A stretch of 21,249 nt of DNA from Clostridia bacterium (GTDB taxonomy: Bacteria > Bacillota > Clostridia > Christensenellales > Aristaeellaceae). The position numbers were made by a program, and so were the translations under genes. Position 1 is the stretch's first letter, and every line of letters begins with the position of its first letter. A model generated the notes under the pieces. That model saw nothing but the letters and a program-made list of their open reading frames with translations. It was not told the DNA's origin and did no database searches. Shown in pieces: positions 15,929 through 21,249 of the stretch. The stretch is from contig JAZRWA010000019.1 of the NCBI GenBank assembly GCA_045599485.1, forward strand, positions 1-21,249. The letters run 5' to 3'.

Positions 15929-17305
15929 TCAAATCATTTGCTCGGGGTGGAAGACCTCGTCAAAGCGTTCGGGCGTGAGGTAGCCGAGGGCCACACAGGC
16001 CTCCTTGAGGGAGATGTTTTCGACATACGCCTTCTTGGCGGTGCGGGCGGCGTTCTCATAGCCGATATAGGGGTTGAGCGCGGTGACCAGCATGAGCGAG
16101 TTGTGCAGGTTATCGTGCATCTTCTTCTTGTTTGCGGTGATGCCCGAAACGCAATTTTTATTGAAGGAAACGATGGCATCGCTCATCAGACGGGCGGACT
16201 GCAGGAAATTGTAGATCATGACGGGCATGAACACATTGAGCTCAAAATTGCCCTGAGAGGCGGCAAAACCAACAGCGGCATCATTGCCCATGACCTGCAC
16301 GGCGACCATGGTGACGGCTTCGCACTGGGTGGGGTTGACTTTGCCGGGCATGATGGAGGAGCCGGGCTCGTTTTCGGGAATGTGGATCTCGCCCAGACCA
16401 AGCCGCGGACCGGAAGCCAGCCAGCGGATATCGTTGGCGATCTTCATCATGTCGCAGGCGAGTGCCTTGATAGCGCCGTGGGCAAAGACCAGCTCATCCT
16501 TGCTGGTGAGGGCATGGAATTTGTTGGGAGCGGTGATGAACGCCTTGCCGGTGAGGGCGGAAAGCTCCTCGGCGACCGCTTCGCCAAAGCCCTTGGGAGC
16601 GTTGAGCCCCGTGCCGACCGCCGTGCCGCCCAGTGCCAGCTCACAGAGGGGCGGGATGGAACGGCGAAGCAGCTCCGCATCCCGTTCGAGGGAGCTGCGC
16701 CAGCCGCTGATCTCCTGGCTGAAGGCGATGGGCGTGGCATCCTGCAGGTGCGTACGGCCCGATTTGACGATGCCGGCGTTTTCCTCCTCCAGACGGCGGA
16801 AGGTGGCGACCAGTTCGTTAACGGCGGGGAGGAGGCGATCCTCCAGCATCAGAACAGCGCTGATGTGCATGGCGGTGGGGAAGGTATCGTTGGAGGACTG
16901 GGACATGTTGGCGTCATCATTGGGGTGCAGCAGGGGCTTGCCCGCCAGCTGATTGCCGCGGCCGGCAATGACCTCATTGACGTTCATGTTGGACTGCGTG
17001 CCGCTGCCCGTCTGGAATACCACAAGGGGGAATTCCTTGGCCAGCAGGCCGGCGGTGATCTCGTCGCAAACACGGCAAATAATGGCGCATTTTTCATCGG
17101 TCATGCGCCCCGGAACAAGCCGGTTGTTGGCCAGGGAGGCGGCCTTTTTGAGCAGGCCGAAGGCGTGTATGATTTCTTCCGGCATGGTTTCGGGGCCCAC
17201 GCCGATCAAAAAGTTTTCATGGCTGCGCTGGGTCTGGGCACCCCACAGGCGTGTGGCGGGAACACGGACCTCGCCCATGGAGTCATGCTCGATACGGAAT
17301 TCCAT
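15929..17305 (-). CDS. fumC: Class II fumarate hydratase
   Basis: 458-aa ORF starting MEFRIEHDSMGEVRVPATRLWGAQTQRS and containing the fumarate lyase signature GSSIMPGKVNPTQCEA. RBS GGAGGT (rc of 17315-17320). TGA stop. Confidence 0.97.
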   Translation of the reverse strand: MEFRIEHDSMGEVRVPATRLWGAQTQRSHENFLIGVGPETMPEEIIHAFGLLKKAASLANNRLVPGRMTDEKCAIICRVCDEITAGLLAKEFPLVVFQTGSGTQSNMNVNEVIAGRGNQLAGKPLLHPNDDANMSQSSNDTFPTAMHISAVLMLEDRLLPAVNELVATFRRLEEENAGIVKSGRTHLQDATPIAFSQEISGWRSSLERDAELLRRSIPPLCELALGGTAVGTGLNAPKGFGEAVAEELSALTGKAFITAPNKFHALTSKDELVFAHGAIKALACDMMKIANDIRWLASGPRLGLGEIHIPENEPGSSIMPGKVNPTQCEAVTMVAVQVMGNDAAVGFAASQGNFELNVFMPVMIYNFLQSARLMSDAIVSFNKNCVSGITANKKKMHDNLHNSLMLVTALNPYIGYENAARTAKKAYVENISLKEACVALGYLTPERFDEVFHPEQMI

Positions 17306-17338
17306 TGGGAAACTACCTCCGATCAGTGAAGTGGTTTT

Positions 17339-17368
17339 ATTTTACTATATCTCCTCCCCGCGTGGCAA
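17339..17368 (-). promoter_or_regulatory. Possible sigma-A promoter for fumC
   Basis: On the minus strand: TTGCCA (rc of 17363-17368), an 18-nt spacer, and TAAAAT (rc of 17339-17344), about 34 nt upstream of the ATG. Confidence 0.4.
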
Positions 17369-17374
17369 GCGGGA

Positions 17375-17403
17375 TTGATACAGCGGTGAAAAAATGTTAT
17401 AAT
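17375..17403 (+). promoter_or_regulatory. Sigma-A promoter of the flavin reductase / membrane protein / aminopeptidase operon
   Basis: TTGATA at 17375-17380, a 17-nt spacer ending in TGt (extended -10), and TATAAT at 17398-17403. RBS AAGGAGGA at 17421-17428. Confidence 0.65.
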
Positions 17404-17436
17404 ATCCCTACCGATCCGAAAAGGAGGAACCCAAAG

Positions 17437-17997
17437 ATGAGAAAGGATTTTGGCAAGCAGACCTGGCTGTATCCTATGCCGGTGCTGATCATTGCCACCT
17501 ATGACGAGGAGGGCACCCCCGATGCCATGAACGCTGCCTGGGGCGGCATTCATGACACCAACCAGATCTGCATCTGCCTGTCGAAGGAGCACAAGACGGT
17601 GCAGAATATTTTTGCCCGCAAGGAGTTTACCGTCAGCCCGGCGACCGCGCCGCAAACGGTGGCGGCCGATTATGTGGGCCTGGTCAGCGGCAATCAGGTG
17701 AGCAACAAGGTGGAAAAGGCCGGCTGGCACACCAGCCCCGCCCCGCACGTGAACGCTCCTGTGATCGACGAGCTGCCCATGGCGCTGGAATGCCGTTTTG
17801 TCAGCTATGACGAGGCTTCCGGTCTGCTGGTGGCGGATATCGTCAACGTGTGTGCCGATGAAGCTGTGCTGGGAGCAGATGGCCAGATCGATGTTTCCAA
17901 ACTGCGCCCCATCACGTTTGACCCTGTGCATCATGCCTATTTGGAGCTGGGCGTGCGTGCCGGCGGCGCATTCAGCGACGGAAAGCAGCTGATCTGA
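17437..17997 (+). CDS. Flavin reductase-like FMN-binding (split-barrel) domain protein
   Basis: ATG at 17437 behind AAGGAGGA. The track start at 17251 lies inside fumC and the promoter. The N-terminus KQTWLYPMPVLIIATYDEEGTPDAMNAAWGG is typical of the flavin reductase-like domain family. TGA stop. Confidence 0.8.
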   Translation: MRKDFGKQTWLYPMPVLIIATYDEEGTPDAMNAAWGGIHDTNQICICLSKEHKTVQNIFARKEFTVSPATAPQTVAADYVGLVSGNQVSNKVEKAGWHTSPAPHVNAPVIDELPMALECRFVSYDEASGLLVADIVNVCADEAVLGADGQIDVSKLRPITFDPVHHAYLELGVRAGGAFSDGKQLI

Positions 17998-17998
17998 C

Positions 17999-18547
17999 AT
18001 GGCCGGAGCAAGAAAAGCCACCATGCGCCTGGCCTTCTGCGGCGTGATGACGGCACTTGGCACGGTGCTGATGCTGCTGGGCGGCGTGATCCCCGTGGCC
18101 ACTTACTGTGTACCGATGATCGCCGGTCTGGTGCTGCTGGCGGTGCTGCTGGAATATGGCCTTCGCTGGGGCTGGATGGTGTGGGGCTGTACGGCGCTGC
18201 TGACGCTTCTGATGGGCGTGGATAAGGAAGCGGCCTTCTTCTATCTGTTTTTCGGCTGCTATCCCATGCTGAAGCCGTATATGGAAAAGCTGCCCAAGGG
18301 GCTGCGGCTGCCCGCCAAGGCGCTGCTGTTCACGCTGATCACCACAGTGATGTATCTGCTGCTGTGCTTTGTGTTTCCCCTGGAGGCGGTTCTGGCGGAG
18401 TTCCGCGAGGGATCGCTCATCTTCAACATCGTGCTGACAGCTGTCATTCCGCTGTGCATGCTGCTGTATGACTGGCTGCTGACGCCGATGGCGCTGCTGT
18501 ATGTTCAAAAGGTACATCCCAGATTAAAGCTGCTCAGACGCGGCTGA
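17999..18547 (+). CDS. Polytopic integral membrane protein of unknown function (about 5 TM helices)
   Basis: 182-aa ORF beginning 1 nt after the upstream TGA. It has strongly hydrophobic segments (LAFCGVMTALGTVLMLLGGVIPV, MIAGLVLLAVLL, LLFTLITTVMYLLLCFVF, and others). I recognise no family. The start is uncertain (ATG 18023 is an alternative). TGA stop. Confidence 0.6.
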   Translation: MAGARKATMRLAFCGVMTALGTVLMLLGGVIPVATYCVPMIAGLVLLAVLLEYGLRWGWMVWGCTALLTLLMGVDKEAAFFYLFFGCYPMLKPYMEKLPKGLRLPAKALLFTLITTVMYLLLCFVFPLEAVLAEFREGSLIFNIVLTAVIPLCMLLYDWLLTPMALLYVQKVHPRLKLLRRG

Positions 18548-18563
18548 TATGGAGGTAATAAAA

Positions 18564-19862
18564 ATGAAAGCCCGTGAATTTATCGATTTTGTCCGTTGCT
18601 CCCCCACTCCCTTTCAGGCGGTGGAAGCGCTTTCCAAAGCCTTTGACGCAAAAGGCTTTAAAGAATTGAAGGAAAATGTGCCCTTTCAGGTCAAGGCGGG
18701 CGGCAAGTATTATGTGACCCGCAACCGCTCGGCGGTGATCGCCTTCACGGTGCCCGAAGGGGCTTGCGGCAGCTTCCAGATCACGGCGGCGCACAGCGAC
18801 AGCCCGACCTTCAAACTCAAGCCTGTGTTTGAACAGACGGTGGGGGACAAGTACGTGCGCTTCAATATCGAACCCTACGGCGGAACGATCATGTCCACGT
18901 GGTTTGACCGTCCGCTTTCCGTGGCCGGCCGTGTGATGGTGCGTACCGAAAACGGCGTGAAGACCGAAATGGTGGATATCGACCGTGATGCCGTACTCAT
19001 CCCCAACATGCCCATCCACTTCAACCGTGAGGTGAACAGCGGCTACAGCTACAATCCGCAGGTCGACCTGCTGCCCCTGTACGGCGATGGTTCCGCCAAG
19101 GGCGGTCTGATGCGCGAGCTGGCGGAAAAATGCGGCTGCAGGGAGGAGGATATCCTCGGCACCGATCTGTTCCTGTACAGCCGTACGCCGGGCAGCGTCT
19201 GGGGCGCCAAGGATGAGTTTTTCTCCTGCGGACGCATCGATGACCTGGAGTGCGCGTGGACGGCGGCGGAAGCGCTGATGAACGCGAAGACCGAAGGGCA
19301 CATCAATGTCTGCGCGGTGCTTGATAATGAAGAGGTGGGCAGCACCAGCAAGCAGGGTGCTGATTCAACCTTCCTCTATGATGTGCTGTACCGTGCGGCC
19401 TGCGCGCTGGGCTATGATGATGAGCACATTCGTGCCATGATGGCCGCCGGCTTTATGCTTTCCGCCGACAACGCCCACGCGGTGCACCCCAATCACGGTG
19501 AAAAATTTGACGCCGATAACCGTGTTTATATGAACGGCGGCGTAGTCATCAAGGCCAACGCCAATCAGAAATACACCACCGATGGTGTTTCCGCGGCGGT
19601 GTTCTCCGAGATCTGCCGCCGGGCGGGTGTGCCGGTGCAGTATTTTGCCAACCGTTCCGACGTACGCGGCGGCAGCACACTGGGCAATATTTCCAACGCG
19701 CATCTTTCCATGAATACCGCTGATATCGGTCTGGCCCAGCTGGCCATGCACAGCTGCTGCGAAACGGCCGGCACAAAGGACGTGGAATACATGATCGAAG
19801 CGGTCCGCGCCTTCTATGAGACCGACATTGTTATGCAGAAGGACGGCACCTACAGCTTCTGA
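18564..19862 (+). CDS. M18-family aminopeptidase (aspartyl aminopeptidase-like)
   Basis: ATG at 18564 is preceded by GGAGG (18551-18555) with an 8-nt spacer. The track start at 18549 would include the RBS. Motifs: FIDFVRCSPTPFQAV, AAHSDSPTFKLKP, LDNEEVGS, SADNAHAVHPN. TGA stop. Confidence 0.85.
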   Translation: MKAREFIDFVRCSPTPFQAVEALSKAFDAKGFKELKENVPFQVKAGGKYYVTRNRSAVIAFTVPEGACGSFQITAAHSDSPTFKLKPVFEQTVGDKYVRFNIEPYGGTIMSTWFDRPLSVAGRVMVRTENGVKTEMVDIDRDAVLIPNMPIHFNREVNSGYSYNPQVDLLPLYGDGSAKGGLMRELAEKCGCREEDILGTDLFLYSRTPGSVWGAKDEFFSCGRIDDLECAWTAAEALMNAKTEGHINVCAVLDNEEVGSTSKQGADSTFLYDVLYRAACALGYDDEHIRAMMAAGFMLSADNAHAVHPNHGEKFDADNRVYMNGGVVIKANANQKYTTDGVSAAVFSEICRRAGVPVQYFANRSDVRGGSTLGNISNAHLSMNTADIGLAQLAMHSCCETAGTKDVEYMIEAVRAFYETDIVMQKDGTYSF

Positions 19863-19905
19863 ATCGCAAAAAGTTGTTAATAGAATCATCCGAGAACGAT
19901 TTGAT

Positions 19906-19970
19906 AATCAGCCGTGAAGGGGTGTTCTTTCCTGAAATGAAGGGAAAACGGCACTTTTTTACGGCTGATT
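19906..19970 (+). terminator. Putative terminator region after the aminopeptidase gene
   Basis: The outer 10-bp stem AATCAGCCGT (19906-19915) pairs with ACGGCTGATT (19961-19970). It encloses an imperfect inner hairpin that ends in a T6 run (19955-19960). This is not a canonical compact terminator. Confidence 0.35.
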
Positions 19971-19983
19971 TTATGAATTGCAA

Positions 19984-20012
19984 TTGACTTAGAATTGTAA
20001 CATATATAAAAT
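19984..20012 (+). promoter_or_regulatory. Sigma-A promoter of pckA within an AT-rich island
   Basis: TTGACT at 19984-19989, a 17-nt spacer, and TAAAAT at 20007-20012. A leader of about 145 nt follows, then GAAGGAGG and the ATG at 20164. Confidence 0.55.
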
Positions 20013-20163
20013 TATATATAATAATATTCCATATTAGAATTTTACATTCCGTGCGGATTGCAATAAGATTTATTCGGTGAGAGTTGTTTTGAACGGACCT
20101 CACCGAAACGTTATAGCTACACGGCGTCCCAGAGGACGTGCGCGTTAAGAAGGAGGATATATC

Positions 20164-21249
20164 ATGAATCCGTGCTGCATCGAAAAGTATGGTATCGCCG
20201 GCGTAAAAGAGATTGTTTACAATCCCTCTTACGAAGAACTCTTCGCCGAAGAGACCAAGGCCGAACTGGAGGGTTATGAGGTTGGCAAGGTCAGCGAGCT
20301 GGGGGCCGTCAATGTCATGACCGGCATCTACACCGGCCGCTCCCCCAAGGATAAATATATCGTCATGGACGAAAACTCCAAGGACACCGTGTGGTGGACC
20401 ACTCCCGAATACAAGAACGACAACCACCCCATGAGCGGTGAGGTCTGGCAGACCGTCAAGGACCTGGCCCTCAAGGAACTGGGCAACAAGCGCCTGTTTG
20501 TCGTGGATGCCTTCTGCGGCGCCAACAAGGATACCCGCATGGCCATCCGCTTTATCATGGAAGTGGCCTGGCAGGCTCATTTCGTCAAGAACATGTTCAT
20601 CATCCCCACCGAGGAAGAGCTCAAGGACTTCGAGCCCGACTTTGTGGTCTACAACGCTTCCAAGGCCAAGGTGGAAAATTATCAGGAGCTGGGCCTCAAC
20701 AGCGAGACCTGCGTGGCCTTCAACATCACCAGCCGTGAGCAGGTGATCATCAACACCTGGTACGGCGGCGAGATGAAGAAGGGCATGTTCTCCATGATGA
20801 ACTACTACCTGCCGCTCAAGGGCATTGCCTCCATGCACTGCTCCGCCAACACCGATATGAACGGCGAAAACACCGCCATCTTCTTCGGTCTGTCCGGTAC
20901 CGGCAAGACCACCCTGTCCACCGATCCCAAGCGTCTGCTGATCGGCGATGACGAGCACGGCTGGGATGATAACGGCGTGTTCAACTTCGAGGGCGGCTGC
21001 TATGCCAAGGTCATCAACCTGGATAAGGAATCCGAGCCCGATATCTACAACGCCATCCGCCGCACCGCGCTGCTGGAGAACGTGACCCTGGATGAGAACG
21101 GCAAGATCGACTTCGCCGACAAGAGCGTCACGGAGAACACCCGTGTTTCCTACCCCATCGATCATATTGCAAACATTGTTCGCCCCGTGTCTTCCGCTCC
21201 TGCAGCAAAGAACGTCATCTTCCTCTCTGCTGACGCATTCGGCGTTCTT
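20164..21249 (+). CDS. pckA: Phosphoenolpyruvate carboxykinase (ATP); the N-terminal 362 codons, running off the window end
   Basis: Absent from the ORF track because it is open at the window edge. RBS AAGGAGG precedes the ATG at 20164. The translation starts [30 protein letters not shown], continues ...[15 protein letters not shown]..., and contains the kinase P-loop [13 protein letters not shown] and LIGDDEHGW. The track ORF 19831..21165 (-) is its antisense shadow. Confidence 0.93.
   Translation, partial: MNPCCIEKYGIAGVKEIVYNPSYEELFAEETKAELEGYEVGKVSELGAVNVMTGIYTGRSPKDKYIVMDENSKDTVWWTTPEYKNDNHPMSGEVWQTVKDLALKELGNKRLFVVDAFCGANKDTRMAIRFIMEVAWQAHFVKNMFIIPTEEELKDFEPDFVVYNASKAKVENYQELGLNSETCVAFNITSREQVIINTWYGGEMKKGMFSMMNYYLPLKGIASMHCSANTDMNGENTAIFFGLSGTGKTTLSTDPKRLLIGDDEHGWDDNGVFNFEGGCYAKVINLDKESEPDIYNAIRRTALLENVTLDENGKIDFADKSVTENTRVSYPIDHIANIVRPVSSAPAAKNVIFLSADAFGVL

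Noticed and set aside
14205-17329. Long ORFs 14205..15797 (-) and 15692..17329 (+), antisense to the Fe-ADH gene and fumC and running through the hairpin spacer
   Set aside because: These are shadow ORFs. They cross obvious terminator-like hairpins and promoters and are G/A/H/D-rich with no motifs. The sense-strand genes are confidently identified.
19831-21165. 444-aa ORF on the minus strand
   Set aside because: It is the antisense shadow of pckA, whose plus-strand translation contains the PEPCK-ATP P-loop and other conserved blocks.
1-21249. A mobile element, prophage or genomic island
   Set aside because: No integrase, transposase, phage structural genes, tRNA attachment site or flanking long direct repeats are visible. 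The gene content is housekeeping or conserved accessory. Composition is uniform apart from short AT-rich promoter regions.

Overview
This is a GC-rich bacterial chromosomal segment. Gene content and GGAGG-type ribosome-binding sites suggest a high-GC Clostridia-like Firmicute, but that is inference. No transposase, integrase, CRISPR array, tRNA or rRNA is visible. Gene order: a partial TRAP/DctP-type solute-binding gene (-); a five-gene Bat-like membrane module (DUF4175-like membrane protein, MoxR AAA+ ATPase, DUF58, BatA-like protein, double-VWA protein); a DUF1648 membrane protein overlapping an SDR oxidoreductase; sbcD-sbcC; a glycerol-1-phosphate-dehydrogenase-like Fe-ADH; class II fumarase (-); a flavin-reductase-like protein, a polytopic membrane protein and an M18 aminopeptidase; and a partial ATP-dependent PEP carboxykinase. 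The two edge genes are missing from the ORF track because they are open at the window ends. Main observation: five in-frame TAG codons sit inside two otherwise intact genes. Three lie within 33 codons of the SbcC coiled coil. One is codon 10 of the first Bat-module gene, and one lies 14 codons before a TAA in that same gene. All 13 other complete genes stop at TGA (10) or TAA (3), never TAG. This fits UAG being read as a sense codon (reassignment or efficient suppression). The competing explanation is CAG-to-TAG nonsense decay or sequencing error. Second observation: the long convergent spacer between the Fe-ADH gene and fumC holds a small family of related palindromic hairpins, two tandem and one inverted, with compensatory stem changes. 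The long ORFs antisense to known genes are GC-driven shadow ORFs.
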